Part shown: positions 26,526-40,800 of the stretch, piece after piece
How positions within the stretch are numbered: position 1 is the stretch's first letter
Layout: each line of letters begins with the position of its first letter
Notes under the pieces: model-generated
What the model was told of the DNA's origin: nothing
What the model saw: the letters and a program-made list of their open reading frames with translations, nothing else
The model's database searches: none
Made by a program: the position numbers and the translations under genes
NCBI GenBank assembly: GCA_951406725.2
Contig: OX597817.1
Location: forward strand, 140,182,001-140,246,000
Reading direction: 5' to 3'
Source of the DNA: Octopus vulgaris
Taxonomy: Eukaryota
DNA: 64,000 bases

Positions 26526-27609
26526 GTAAAAGAGATTGCTTGAACCCTTTTATTACTCATCTGATTCCTTTGTCCCGAGATTTTCAATTACAGTAATTTT
26601 AGAGATCGAACTAAGATTAATGTTTGTGTTGAAATAAGAAGATAGTCGCCAGAGTTCTCTTAATGAATCACTCCAGCCATTTTACGAAGAGGAAATATTT
26701 CTCTGAAGTGTAACAGTGCACGTGAATCAGTAGGCTTTCTTGATTGCTATCGATTTATTTTAATGTAAACAAATAACCCAATATATTCTCAGGAAACACA
26801 TTAGACTACATATTTACTTATACACGTATTGATAGATGTATTCATTTGTGTATGTGTGTGTGTGCAAAATAGCATACAGAAAAGTTATAGTAGAAGGGGA
26901 AAAAGATATAGAGAACTAAAGCGAGACGGTAAAGAAGCTGGTGGGTGGGTGGGAGAGGAAAAATGAGTTGACGAATGAAGAAGAGAGGAAACTAAAGGAC
27001 AGAAGTATATTTAAATGCTATCTAATTGCTAAACTGTAAACAGCAAACATTTTCCTGAAGTCATTTTGAAGGTTTGCAAGATGGAAGCAGTTTGAACGCT
27101 CAAATTCCAATGTGTAATTCTGATCTAAATGTAAGATATTTCAAATGGAATTACAGAAATGCCGATCAATAGTGAGGAATGTCTCTGCCAGCATAAAAAA
27201 AAACTAAAACAGAAAACAACATATATACACGCACACAAAAGAACAAAAATGAAACGAGGAAAAAAAACCATGCACCCACATATTAACACAGAAATGTGTA
27301 AATAAATATGTATTAAAACACAAAAACAATGTGTACAGAGAGAGAGGGGGGAGGTGGAGAAATGGCAGAGATAAGGGAGAGGAAGGAGAGATAGAGAGAG
27401 AGCAATAATGTTTCAAGGTGGAAGACAGAAGTAAAATTCCACTCGTTGACGTTTTATGGCTATCAGCAGAAATATTAACATTAAAAAACCTGGTAAAATA
27501 TATCTTACACTTAAAAATAAATATACAGACATACATACTTAAATATAATTTTATATATATGTATATCTATCTATCTATCTATCTAACTATCTATCTATCT
27601 ATCTATCTA

Positions 27610-27743
<134 letters not shown>

Positions 27744-27830
27744 TATTAGAGACAAAACCACTATTTTGCAAAACAAACAAGGAAAGACTTAATCAATACA
27801 TAAAATTTTAATAAATAGTCAAAAAAACCG

Positions 27831-27873
27831 CCACTACAATCGTTTCTTGTCTTGATCGACAATCTTCAGGTGG
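27831..27873 (-). ncRNA. Minimal type I hammerhead (mirror copy)
   Basis: Reverse complement of 27934-27976. Confidence 0.88.
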
Positions 27874-27933
27874 ACTTCAATAAGTCATTTTCAAATTATA
27901 AAGTTTTATAATTTGAAAATGACTTATTGAAGT

Positions 27934-27976
27934 CCACCTGAAGATTGTCGATCAAGACAAGAAACGATTGTAGTGG
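27934..27976 (+). ncRNA. Minimal type I hammerhead, canonical core
   Basis: CCAC-CUGAAGA-UUGUC-GAUCAA-GACAA-GAAA-CGAUUG-UA-GUGG. Confidence 0.88.
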
Positions 27977-28261
27977 CGGTTTTTTTGACTATTTATTAAA
28001 ATTTTATGTTTGATTAAGTCTTTCCTTGTTTGTTTTGCAAAATAGTGGTTTTGTCTCTAATAATATTTTATAATATTTTACTATAAAATTGGATTTAATC
28101 CTAAATCTGATTTTTTTTCCCTGTAAATTTGGATTTATTCCCTAATATTTATTATTATTATATATATATATATATATATATATACATACATATATATATA
28201 TAAATATATATATATATATTTAAATATATACATACATACATATATGCATATATATATATAT

Positions 28262-28454
28262 ACTTTTATTCTTTTACTTATTTCAGTCATTTGACTGTGG
28301 CCATGCTGGAGCACCGCCTTAAGTCGACCAAATCGACCCCAGGACTTAATCTTTGTAAGCCTACTACTTATTCTATCAGTCTTTTTTTGCCAAACCGCTA
28401 AGTTACGGGGACGTAAACAGACCAGCACTGGTTGTCAAGCGATGTGGGGGGTGT

Positions 28455-28499
<45 letters not shown>

Positions 28500-28650
28500 G
28501 CACGACAGGCTGCTTTCAGTTTTCGTCTACCAAATCAATTCATAAGGCTTTGGTCGGCTCGAGGCTATAGTAGAAGACACTTGCCCAAGGTGCCACGCAG
28601 TGGAACTGAGCCCGGAACCATGTGGTTGGTAAGCAAGCTACTTACCACAC
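28262..28650 (-). mobile_element. SINE family A
   Basis: Reverse-complement homologue of 46545-46955. Confidence 0.88.
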
Positions 28651-28809
28651 ATATACATATATTTATATATGTGTGTGTGTATGTGTGTGTGCGTGTACAT
28701 ATATGTGTGTGTGTGTACATGCATATATATACATATGCATGCATAAACTCATATATATATGTAATAAACATGTACACATATACACGTACACACACACACA
28801 CACACAAGC

Positions 28810-28881
<72 letters not shown>

Positions 28882-29359
28882 ATATATATATGTGTATATA
28901 TATACATATATACACGCAAATAACAAGACAAAAGTGAGTATTCAACACTAAATCTAGAGTCGTATATTATCACTCTTTTCTCATGCACTTTTAAAATGTT
29001 TCCTTCTTCATAATCTATTTACCACATACTCCTTCTCTTGCCCCTTTTCCATTCAATTAATTTGTTTGTATTTATTTACCTTTTAAGAAACGTTAATTTC
29101 GTTAGTCAAAAGGATCCTTTAAAATTCGAGTTAGGGTTAAGGTTACGTGTAAATTTCATCCAATGAAAATTTCGCTTTCACTTTGACAATGTCTCTTATT
29201 TTCTTTGTTTTATTTCCATTTCCTACTCAACGGCAGAGATCAGTCTGTCCTCTCGTTCAACCTTCCTTCATTCGTGGGCAAATGATTCACGCAGTCAACG
29301 TAACCGATTCTGAGCGAGAAAGAAAGAGCAAGAGAGAGAGAGAGAGAGTAAGAGAGGAA

Positions 29360-29424
<65 letters not shown>

Positions 29425-29864
29425 GAGAGAGAGTACTTGTGTGCGTGCGTGAATGAGTGTAATTGTGTGGGTGCATGTGTGTGTATTAGAAGTCAGTTTA
29501 AAAGCTCTTCAGAAATTCCGTCGGCTTTTTAAGAAATTAAAAATCAAAAGTATGCAATTCCGTACAGAGTTTTTTTCACTAAACTTAGTCGAAAATCAAG
29601 GCTCAGAGATAAACAAAAGGCGCTTAGCTTTATGAATACAAGATGCTAAGAACTCTGCTCTTTCCTTAAGACTTTTACTGCTTGAAAGAAAATATTTAAT
29701 TTTCTTGCTCAAGCAAAGGTCACACTATACTTTTGATTTGAAGTTACCGTTTCTTTAGGCTCGTGCTTTATCGGCAACTAATCAAGTAATTTTGAATTTG
29801 TAGATACACACACACACACACGCGCACACACACACATGCTCACGAGCGTGCGCACACACACACA

Positions 29865-30290
29865 TGAAACCACTGAAAGAGTAGAGTGGAAGTGCCATTG
29901 GAAGTGAAGTATCCAGCGTTTCGGCAGGTCCGTTTTCAAGTTAAATAGAAGAAAGACAGAAAAGTTTTACATTCTATATATTCGAGAAATTGGCTGCAAC
30001 TGATGGGAAACGTAAAGCAACTTGTACTTGCATACATTTGGCAGGAAGTAAGAAGAGAGAGAAATTGGGTAAGACAGGGAACAAGAAAGAGAAAGGAAAA
30101 GTAGAAGAGACAGGTGAAGCTGCGTGAGAGAGAAAAAAATGAGATGAGAGAGGATTACTGAATTTAGAAGTGATGCAACAGTAGGGGTTGGTGACATGAT
30201 TCCAAGTTTGAAACTGAAGCGTTGTTCCTTATGTTTCCTTGAGCGTGCAAATCCTTTGGGTGCTGAGCTGTCACACACTGACTCTGATTT
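29865..30290 (-). mobile_element. Decayed Penelope-like 3' end with a remnant UUGAAAA hammerhead (about 29911-29943)
   Basis: RKHKEQRFSFKLGIMSP resembles the Penelope C-terminal motif EQ..IF.LGT..P. Downstream on minus: UUGAAAA-CGGACCUGCC-GAAA-CGC. Confidence 0.5.
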
Positions 30291-31255
30291 AATGGAATGG
30301 ACTATTGTGCATTTAGGATTACATTATCGAATGTGACTTATTTTTAACAATAGTTTGTGGCGATTTGACTATTATTTCTTGTAGGTCGAGCAACTGAAAT
30401 GAGGTTTTCACTAGGATTTGTTAGGAGTCGTGAAACATTGGATATTCACAACTGTCAAGACAGCTATATTTAGGAACCTGTAAAATAGGTTGATATTTAA
30501 AAAGAAGAGAGAGAGAGGTAGGTATAGAATGCGGCGCTGCCTGACCTTTGACAATCGACCGAGGATGGCTTAGGTTACCTTTTTCTGCTCTAAAATAAAA
30601 TGTTTAATGTCGACTTCTATTTCTCTCCGAACTAGTTTCAACAGCCTTTCAAGAAGAGTTAATAATCGCTTAAGAAAGAAGCATCCTTCCAAATTAATAT
30701 CGATTTTTGCTCCCTCGTTGGCAGACAATAATGAAGGTGCTGTAACATTTTTGGAGAAACTGGAGAATATACTGAATTATTCTGCTGTCAAAGTATGGCG
30801 ACGGTAAAACAAGACGGTAATTTATATTGAAAAGAAATTGAGTACGAAATGACAACTTTTGTTGCTAATATATTTCCAGTTGTCTCTACTCACGACAGCT
30901 CTGTCTCTTCCAAAGACTTTCTGCTAACTAAAACACTGGCACAAATATTACATAGATATAGCTAATTATTAGAATCGTTCAGTTTCATAATTGAGATTAA
31001 CCATTCTGTTTAATTGATATAATTACAGGAGGGCAATTGCCCAGTCAAACTGATAAACTGGCCATAGCTAATTACTCCAATGTAACTGATCAAATAGCTG
31101 AGACTAGTTATTATCTAGTTTAAAATAACTAATAAACACACCGATATGCGGATTCAGTACAAAATATAACCGAAACTGCATAAAAAATAACTGAATGCAT
31201 AGAATATAATTGAAAATATAAAGTATAACTGCATATAAAGTAGAAATGAATATAT

Positions 31256-32619
31256 CTTCGGTTGTCATGGCTATTCTTCTTTCTTCATGTAGGGTTGTTG
31301 GTACACTCGAAGGTGGCCGGTGAGTCCCATTCGGGCTTTGAAGGATCTTCTGCAAGTTGGGGAACTTGGAGGAGATCTGGTTTAGGTTGGAGTTACGTCT
31401 CATTCCTCCTGCTTCGCTTTTCTTCCAGTTCTTCACATTCGTTTGTCTCAAATGTAGTTGTACTTTCACAGATGTACCTTCACAGATGTAACTTCACAGT
31501 TGTACCTTCAGAGATGTACCTTCACAGATGTAACTTCACAGCTGTACCTTCACAGATGTACCTTCACAGATGTAACTTCACAGCTGTACCTTCACAGATG
31601 TACCTTCACAAATGTATCTTCACAGTTGTACCTTCACAGATGTACCTTCACAGATGTACCTTCACAGATGTACCTTCACAGTTGTACCTTCACAGATGTA
31701 CCTTCACAGATGTACCTTCACAGATGTACCTTTACAGATGTTGGATCTCCAGAATATTCCATTTTTTGCATTTTCTTCCCAGATGTTGAAGTCAGTGTTA
31801 CACTTTTTGCTGTTGGCCTTCAACAGATCCCTGTATCTTTCCTTCTGTCTTCCTTCGTTTTCCTTCTTTCAGCTGAGACTAGAAGATCTGTTTTGGTAAA
31901 CGGTCATCAGAGATTCCAACAACATGCCCACTCCACCTCACTTGATTCGATAATTGTTGCTTTGGCCGCTATCAAGACGCTGACGCTTGTTCTTCTGTCT
32001 TCTCAGCCAACGCTCAGGATACTTCGAAGGCATCTTTCTTGAAGCTTTCCTAATATTTTCAGATGGTGACGGTACAGGAGCGTTGGGATGACCACTGCTT
32101 TGTACACAACCATTCTGATGTCAGTTCTGATGTGACGGTCTTGAAAGATTGCGTCACAGAGACGGCCAAAGGCAGTTCCAGCACACCTCAGATTATGCTG
32201 AATCTTACCGTTCAGGTCAAGATTTCATGAGAGATGACTCCCTAGTTAAGGAAAGTGGTCCACACTTTCAGGAGTTGTTTCTGCGAGTTTGATTAATGGT
32301 TCTCTTCTGACTGGGTCGTTTAGGGCTGGTTGGTACAGAATTCTGGGTTTCTTATAGTTGATGGTGAGACCGAGCGCACTGTATGTTCGGTTGTCATCTG
32401 CATATTGGAACTCGTTCGCGGAAGTGAAGGATATCTTGGTTTGGGACTTGAGACGGGAAAGGTTGAACAGTTTCTCTTGGGTTTGAAAGACAATTTCGAT
32501 ACTTAATGGAATATCCTCCTTAGTGATGTGTAGGATGGTAGCGATGATGATGGCGACAAACAGTGGTGGAGCGATTGCACGTCCCTGTTTTACTCCCGTT
32601 TTTACTTGGAAATGGTCAG
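31256..32619 (-). mobile_element. 5'-truncated RTE-clade LINE with target-site duplication ATGAATATAT
   Basis: FQVKTGVKQG.AIAP.LF, KLFNLSRLKSQTK, EFQYADD, terminal PTCRRSFKARMGLTGHLR. Direct repeats at 31246-31255 and 32620-32629. Confidence 0.92.
31459..31742. repeat. 14-bp minisatellite (TGTACCTTCACAGA), about 20 units, inside the RTE ORF
   Basis: Seen directly. Confidence 0.95.
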
Positions 32620-33037
32620 ATGAATATATAAAGTTTAACTGTATATATAAATGAATAAAGTATAAATGAATATATGAAGTATAACTGAATAGACTGACGA
32701 AAATAAATAAATGTCCTTTTTACATATTTTTCCTTTGAGAGAAAAAGAGAGAACGATCTGACTCGGGTTTCAACTTTTAATGAATCTTTCTCGGTGACCG
32801 AGTACATCCGCCATTTTATCCAGTTAGAAGTTCACTACTAATGGATTTCTATGTTGCATTAGCGAACTGGAGGTTCTACTTTACATAATATCCGCGTTTC
32901 CACTTCTATCTAATTCATTTTAATGCTAGCACCATGCACTAAACCTAGGCGAGATAAAAAATAAACATAAAGATGTCTATCTGATATCTCAACAGCTTAG
33001 CAGTGAAACTGCCGCTAATTACGTCCCTTAATAGATG

Positions 33038-33140
33038 CTATAGTAGAAGACACTTGCCCAAGGTGCCACGCAGTGGGAATGAACCCGGAACCATGTGGTT
33101 GGTAAGCAAGCTACTTACCACACAGCCACTCCTGCGCCTA
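33038..33140 (-). mobile_element. SINE family A head
   Basis: Minus strand GGCGCAGGAGTGGCTGTGTGGTAAGTAGC...GGTTCATTCCCACTGCG with A and B boxes. Confidence 0.88.
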
Positions 33141-34450
33141 TGGTATCGGCATTTCTTTGCGAGGTTATATTTATGATTGCACATACAGACACAACACGAA
33201 CAGAACATAAACAACTCGAGTGATGTCAGCAAGTACTAAAAATTCTCATAATTGTGAAAACTGTCGGCAATATTCTCTTAATATTTATAAGTTATGGCTG
33301 TTGTATTATTATTATTCGATGACCTGAGTCTGAAAAGAAGATATTTCTGAATATCTTCATCATTGGAGAGAAATATTAGCGCTTTTAATTGCCGTTTGCC
33401 CGACTGCGTTTTCATTTTTAACGTGTTGGTGTCAACGCTGCTGATAGCTGAAATGGAAAATAGTCCGACAGTTAACCTCGATAGAAGTGTCGAAAACTGT
33501 TACAGAGTAACGTTTGTGTGAAATGAATGTCTTGTAATAGAAATCTATGGACTAGCGTGTCTTGCCGACAGTAAAACATATTTTATGTTAATAAACAAAA
33601 GTTAAATAAAGACAGGAGCAAAATAATAATGGAAGAGAAAACAGCTAAAGATGTAAAGGCCCCTCCAGAAGTCATTAAACATCCATATTCGTCTCATAGA
33701 TTGTATTAGGGAATTTACAGCCAAACCCCACTTATAGATACTAAAGGGACTTTAGTAGACCTATGAAGAATGTTGAGCGTAGAATATAGCAAAGTGCGTA
33801 ACTCGGAGTCTTGACACAAAACGCACTTGTTAAATACTCTTATGACGCTTTGTATCAATATGATAGCAATCAGTAAGATCAGGGTTTTACCATTGCTTTG
33901 GAGAAATAGTGGTTCGGTTGGAATGGCAGTCCTGGGTTTAAAATTCCGAGATCTGAATCGAACAGTGAGCTGGATTCCTTCGATTACACAACCTCTCGCC
34001 TAAACTGTTTTGGATTTATGCCCAAAATCGTTTGTTCAATTATTTCTGTTTTCCGATGTACTTTGAAGATGACCCTGACGGATTTTCTCGGTTGATGTAT
34101 TTCTCTATGACATCAATTACATTTATAAAGAAATGTTTGGTTGTTAATAAATCGGGGAAGAAACAAGGTGAGATGCTTTTTATATGAAGTTCCATTGTTA
34201 TATATAGGAAGAGAAGAAAGTGCATCTGTTATTTATAGACAGGAAAGTGAAATTAGCACACACACACACACACACACACATTTATCCCCGTACCACGCGT
34301 CATTCAATATTCTATTTGCTATTATTTAGAGTTTTATCTACTTCGAGTTCCAGTTATAGATGATTCATTTCACATCCCTCACAGTTTATAAAGTCTTGTG
34401 ACATATGTGCATGTATGTATGTATGTATGTATGTATGTATGTATGTATAC

Positions 34451-34575
<125 letters not shown>

Positions 34576-35152
34576 CGAAATTTTCCTTGTTATTTCTGAG
34601 GTTTCAAAAAACAAAAAATAGATTATTTCCACTTCTGGTATTGAGTACTATACATCCATTTTTGACTGTCTGTCTGCATAATTATTTTTAAGTACTTTTC
34701 TCTTAATTACAAGAATACTGTTTTTCTATATTGGGGAAGTGGAGACTGATGTCTTGCAATGTAGCTACTTCGGTGGTGAAGGTGGGAGATATAAGCATCT
34801 ACCGTAGTAACTGTCGTCTGATGAGTATTTAAACATACGAGAGACATAGCTGTAACAACAGCCACATGGTACAACATAGAACATAGCAGAAAAATATCAC
34901 CAACGAACAATGATGACAATATATCTGGTCTGGGCCCTAAGTGTGCCAATGGGGCAGCTTGTGGGTGGTCATCATCGTGCAAGAAGTAGCAGTCAAATTT
35001 CCTTCAAATCACTTCCTATATTACATAATGCAGTTCTACAGAGAAACATCTAAATGAAATCCAAGATGATCGCAACTTTTGTTTAGTGAAAGCAGAACTA
35101 ACCAGAGGCTGGAGAACAATCACAGCATCAACAATCACAACAGCAACAATAG

Positions 35153-35530
35153 TGGAGACGCAATGGCCCAGTGGTTAGGGCAGCGCACTCGCAGTTTCGA
35201 TTCCCAGACCGGGCGTTGTGTGTGTTTATTGAGCGAAAACACCTAAAGCTCCACGAGGCTCCGGCAGAGGATAGTGGCGACCCCTGTTGTACTCTTTCGC
35301 CCCAACTTTCTCTCACTCTTTCTTCCAGTTTCTTGTCCCCGACTTCCTACGCAACCGCTGAGCCTGGATGCGCATTCATCCATGCTCTCGGTGTCGGGGG
35401 TTGACCTGCTTTCTCCTCTGCGGGTCTTACGAATAGCAAAGGACCACGTTTCGGACGTCTCCCACTACAGAGGCGCGATCTTGCGAGCTCTAGAACGAAG
35501 ACCGCTTTTTGCTCAACAGCAACAGCAACA
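35153..35530 (+). mobile_element. tRNA-derived SINE (family C) with a (CAA/CAG) tail
   Basis: A box TGGCCCAGTGG, B box GTTTCGATTCCC, GC-rich body, CAACAGCAACAAT on both sides. Confidence 0.75.
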
Positions 35531-35559
35531 ATAATTAGTTTTAACAGCAGGTGGAATAA

Positions 35560-35910
35560 AAAGAAAACAATGTCTCCCGGAAGCACGAAGGCCTGAATAT
35601 TTTTGTGCGGAGGAAGATGGACGAGAGATTAAATCTCATTGCAGTACTTGGCTGGTGGCACTTTATTCTATCGGCCCAGGACGAGGTCGATAAAATAAAG
35701 CAGGTGTTGAACACGGAGCGTAAAGTGAGACTGTAAGGCATTTTGTCTGAATAAGTTTGTCAATTTAACGATAAATAATAAAAGGGTTTGACCCTTTACT
35801 TTTTACATTCTGAGCTGAAATCTCAACGAGGTCAGCTTTGCTTTTCATCCCTTCGGGCTCGATAAAATAAAGTACCTATCAGAAATGGGATCGATGTAAT
35901 CGAGTTGCTT
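35560..35910. mobile_element. Two decayed SINE family B fragments in opposite orientations
   Basis: GCTTTTCATCCCTTCGGGCTCGATAAAATAAAGTACC on plus and a reverse-complement remnant. Confidence 0.6.
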
Positions 35911-36569
35911 ACCCCCATCCCTTGAATCCTGCCACAGATCGGGGTCCCGTTCAAGAGGAGTGTTGTGATCGCTATCTCTTATATGCTTTGGAAATCGGAA
36001 AGTAGGAATCGAGAAAAAAAAAAGATATGAATAATAGGAAGGAGGAATCGGAGCGGTTGTATGGCTTTATAGCAAAGTCAGTGGCTGAGAAGAGCGAGGT
36101 AGGTGTCAAAATAGCATTGTGTTAATACTGAAGAAAATACATGGTTAGTTGAAGTGCGTTAATTCTATATATTATTTAGCAAATATGAGACAGACATTGT
36201 TTAGTTTAGAATTAATATAAGTTTAGTTTGATATTTATTCAGATATATTTATGTATCAGTATATTTGTGATGTTATGAATATTTATTTCAAAAAACAAAA
36301 ACATTTTGTAGAATAGTTTTCATGTTCACTTAGTATTTTTGATTGGAAGTTACTATCGACTGATTTGTTATGTATTTATTTAGCTTATCTCGTCACCTTT
36401 TCAAGTTGGATTCAGACGAGAGGCAGACTGGAAAAACTCCATGAATAATTAGTTTGTCTTCTCAGTTAAGGACCTAACGCCTCTTTGCAACGATGAGAAA
36501 TTGGAGAAACGTGCCACTACTATTTGAGTGGTAGAAAAAATTACTTTTCCATGAACCATGCACTATTTG

Positions 36570-37538
36570 GGCTGTCAGAGAATAGTATGGCTGTCAAGAG
36601 AATAGTATGGCTGTCAAGTATAGTATGGCTGTCAAGAGAATAGTATGGCTGTCAAGTATAGTGTGGCTGTCAAGAGAATAGTATGGCTGTCAAGTATAGT
36701 ATGGGTGTCAAGAGAATAGTATGGATGTCAAGAGAATAGTATGGCTGTGAAGTATAGTATGGCTGTCAAGAGAATAGTATGGCTGTAAAGTATAGTATGG
36801 CTGTCAAGAGAATAGTATGGCTGTAAAGTATAGTATGGTTGTCAAGAGAATAGTATGGCTGTAAAGTATAGTATGGCTGTGAAGAGAATAGTATGGCTGT
36901 CAAGTATAGTATGGCTGTGAAGAGAATAGTATGGCTGTGAAGAGAATAGTATGGCTGTCAAGTATAGTATGGCTGTCAAGAGAATAGTATGGCTGTAAAG
37001 TATAGTATGGCTGTCAAGAGAATAGTATGGCTGTCAAGTATAGTATGGTTGTCAAGAGAATAGTATGGCTGTAAAGTATAGTATGGCTGTGAAGAGAATA
37101 GTATGGCTGTCAAGTATAGTATGGCTGTGAAAAGAATAGTATGGCTGTCAAGTATAGTATGGCTGTCAAGGGAATAGTATGGCTGTAAAGTATAGTATGA
37201 CTGTCAAGGGAATAGTATGGCTGTAAAGTATAGTATGACTGTCAAGAGAATATTATGGCTGTAAAGTATAGTATGACTGTCAAGAGAATATTATGGCTGT
37301 AAAGTATAGTATAGCTGTCAAGAAAATAGTATGGCTGTAAAGTATAGTGTGGCTGTCAAGAGAATAGTATGGCTGTAAAGTATAGTATGGCTGTCAAGAG
37401 AATAGTATGGCTGTCAAGAGAATAGTATGGCTGTCAAGTATAATATGGCTGTCAAGAGAATAGCATGGTCGTCAAGAGAATAGTATGGCTGTCAAGTGTA
37501 GTATGGCTGTCAAGGGAATAGTATGGCTGTCAAGAGAA
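36570..37538. repeat. Minisatellite of 20-bp (AATAGTATGGCTGTCAAGAG) and 18-bp (TATAGTATGGCTGTCAAG) units, mostly alternating
   Basis: Seen directly; about 50 monomers. Confidence 0.97.
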
Positions 37539-37903
37539 CTGAGTCCGTCCTACAACTTCAAGACAATAAATAATCAGTTTAGATGCTACAAAGAAACCCA
37601 AAGTTCAACAAAAGCTGCTATGTCGGCATAAACTCTGAACCCTGACAAAGCGCTATAGAGAATGAGAAAGGCAAAAAGAGCGCACAAAGCACAAATTCTG
37701 AACGGGGCCGAAAGTGTATCTCCGTCTGTTAAACAGCAAAACTAGACTGAGAGATAGAATAACATTTTGTGATTAAATAACTCAGCCTCCATGGTTGTTA
37801 GATAGGGTCACATGATAATAACGGATGAAGTGGAAAAAAGGGTAAAATGAAAAAGGATAATAACAACGTTGTACGGTCGGGGAATGCAACATGTTGATAG
37901 ACA

Positions 37904-37956
<53 letters not shown>

Positions 37957-38255
37957 TAGGAACAAAGAATCTTGTTTTTTTCTTTGGATATCGGGAAGTT
38001 CCTTGTGGAGCCAAGCTCCTAACCTTTTACAGTTTAATTCTGGTGTGAACATTTTCATCCAAATTTATAAGAAAAAAATCTGTTTCAGTTCCGAGAACTC
38101 CAGTAAGAACTCTCTTCTGAACCGAGTTAGCAATTGGATACGTGGAATTGGTCATGTGGAGCGCTTTTTGTACTTAGGTTGCCGCATCACATTATGTTTT
38201 TTTGATGTAGTCATTTAGTTTTCAAGGTTTTCTTTTTATCGTTTTATCTCCCGTT

Positions 38256-38350
38256 TTCTTCTTCTTCTTCTTCTTCTTCTTCTTCTTCTTCTTCTTCTTC
38301 TTCTTCTTCTTCTTCTTCTTCTTCTTCTTCTTCTTCTTCTTCTTCTTCTT
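38256..38350. repeat. (TTC)n microsatellite
   Basis: Seen directly. Confidence 0.98.
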
Positions 38351-38879
38351 TGTATTCTTTGGCTTCCTTCAAGACATAAAATAGTTTTGTTTTATTCATT
38401 TTCCCGAACTATTCCTATCAGTTTACCATTATTGCTCACTGGATATTTTTGTCGTCTTACAGAAGATATTTTATAATAGTTATTATTGCTGTTGTCATCA
38501 TCATCATCATCATCATCATCACCATCATTAATACTAGTAAACATCATTCTACCTTGTTTTCGTAAAAAAAAAAAAATTTTTTTTTCGATAAAGTATTCTG
38601 AATATAGTAATTTTTTTTCTTGTTTATACATTCAGTTTTACTAATTCACTTAACTTATAGTTGTAACTTATTACTGAAGCAGCTAGAATATTCATACTTT
38701 TTAACTTAATTTTAACATTTACTGCAATTTTAAGTCTATCTTTAGTTTAATTCTCTTATCTCTATTTTTTTATCGAAAATGATATTGCTATTTTTATTAA
38801 TTTTCCTCTCCTCAAGGTTACCTTGGCGTATTTTCTCAACTAAATTTCTTGTGAGATTTTCTCATGAATCTGTGTACTC

Positions 38880-40800
38880 TCGATACAAGCTCTTTCCTAC
38901 CTGTAACCTATAACTTGGACCTCACATAAAAAGGGACACTTTTTTTTACCGCGTCATGCCACTTGTGTGTAAAATAGACATCTTGTAAGAGTGGCATAAA
39001 ATGCAGACAGTGGTATCTTCTAATTGGTCCAGGAGAAGTCCCGTCGTGGTCCTGTTTCCGTTGTTCCCTTCTCTATCATTGGGGTTCAACAAGATAAATT
39101 ACTGTACTGTAAGACTATTCCAATGATGTGCAATAGTCAGTGTCACATGACAGTGTTGGAGGAGATGTTAAAGGTTTATGCTTTCACAGGACGTTGTTTT
39201 CAGGATAAATGTCTCTGACGCAATCTCTGGCATGTTATGCTGCATAACACCAGAGTGTGGAGGCTTAAAAAGACACGAACAGCAGTATAATAATCGATAT
39301 AAGAATGTGGTGTGGTTTTAAGTAACAGCCAGGAAGTCACTCTTGTATGGAAGGCCATACTATTGTATGGAAGGCCAAAGCACAGGGAAGTCAAATGTGA
39401 ATGTGTGTGAGTCGGCTACTCCTGCTTCTTCGCACTTTGTAATGAAATAATTTGACCAAAAGCTCCACATCGAAGTTGAACATCAAATAAATATAATATT
39501 AGGCCGTTTAGTGAGGGACGTGTCTTTCCAGGCACAAGTGAAACCTATGCTGTTTTGAAGAAAAAGTTATTGGTTTCGATGATTGACTCAATGAATCTGA
39601 GACGGTGACTACTGAGGAGAAAGAGAGGTTCATGATGATAGTCACTGAGAAAGGGGAAAGAGAGAGAGAGAGAGAGAGAGGGGGGGGGAGGGAGGATGGG
39701 GAGGAGGAAAAGCACTAATGGCAGTGATAAAGAGTGGGGCAGGGGCAATGGTTATAGAGGAAGTGATTGTTTACAACTGTTTTCATCTCCTTTCAGATAC
39801 CGGAAGTAAAGGTAACATGGGCGGCGAAAAGTTAAGGGAGACTTTCTTTCTAAAGATGCGTTCATCATTACATGATTCCACAGTTTGGGATAGATCCACA
39901 AAATGAGAAAGAAGGGGAGAGAGGTCTGAGGATGTGGCTTAAGTGTGAAGCTCAGTGTTTGAAGGCGAAGGAAAGGAAACCGTTAAGACTAACCATCTTT
40001 CTCGGGATGGTATACATTGGAATCATCAGAAGAAGTTTCCCCTTTGGCGACTGAGTGGACGTGATGGGGAGACTGGTAGATAAAGGTAAGTTTGCGTGTG
40101 TTTTGTAGGATGTGGAAGTGAGATAACCAATAACACGTAGTAGTCTTATCAATAGTTGTAGCACTTACAGGGCCCTCTTGATTCACGGTTCTATGTGGAT
40201 ACTCATGTTGATGGCGAACCTTTTATCAAATAATCAGAAGGCTTGCTTACAATTTGGGTAAGTTACAATTTCACTAAATAGTTTTCACGTCCTATATATA
40301 AAAAAGAAACTTTTGTTTTCTTGATTGGTTGACATGTAAGTGTTACTGGTACCGGATAACGATGTCCCAATTACAAGTGATGGGTGATTTCTTGCGAACG
40401 ATGTACGGTGTATTCTTAGTATATCTGTTCCGCTGGAGTACAGTTGCCAGTAATTCATTGGGTACTTAACCTTGGGTTGCGTGACGGAAGTCGAGAGATA
40501 TGCCTAACAAGACGGTATTGGCCACCTGCTTAGATTTTTCATAGGGTAGCACATTTGTAACCAAGAGCAGGTGAGTTTGGAAACGACTGGTGGTGAATAG
40601 AGGTATGATTAATGATCTAATCTGAAGTAGCAGAGATTCCAGGCAGAGAACAAGGTTTTATTAGGGTAGAATGGTGTGAGACGAGCTGTATTGTGAAGAC
40701 AAAGGTGCTTACATGAAAAAAAGAGTTCAGAATTATGAAGAAATGTTTGTATTAAATCCAACTCGGATGATAACATCAGGCAGAGGTGTGCTGTTTTCAT
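38880..40800 (-). pseudogene. Possible very old Penelope-like RT remnant
   Basis: Weak motif echoes in the expected order: HFHILQNTRK (like FYILPKIHK), IPMYTIP (like SLYTNIP), KTTPHSYIDY...QRLRQ (like KPTDSHSYLDY...LRLRR). Confidence 0.3.

Noticed and set aside
36570-37538. CRISPR-like appearance of the repeat array (also 31459-31742)
   Set aside because: The repeats are contiguous with no unique spacers, there are no cas genes, and the context is eukaryotic.
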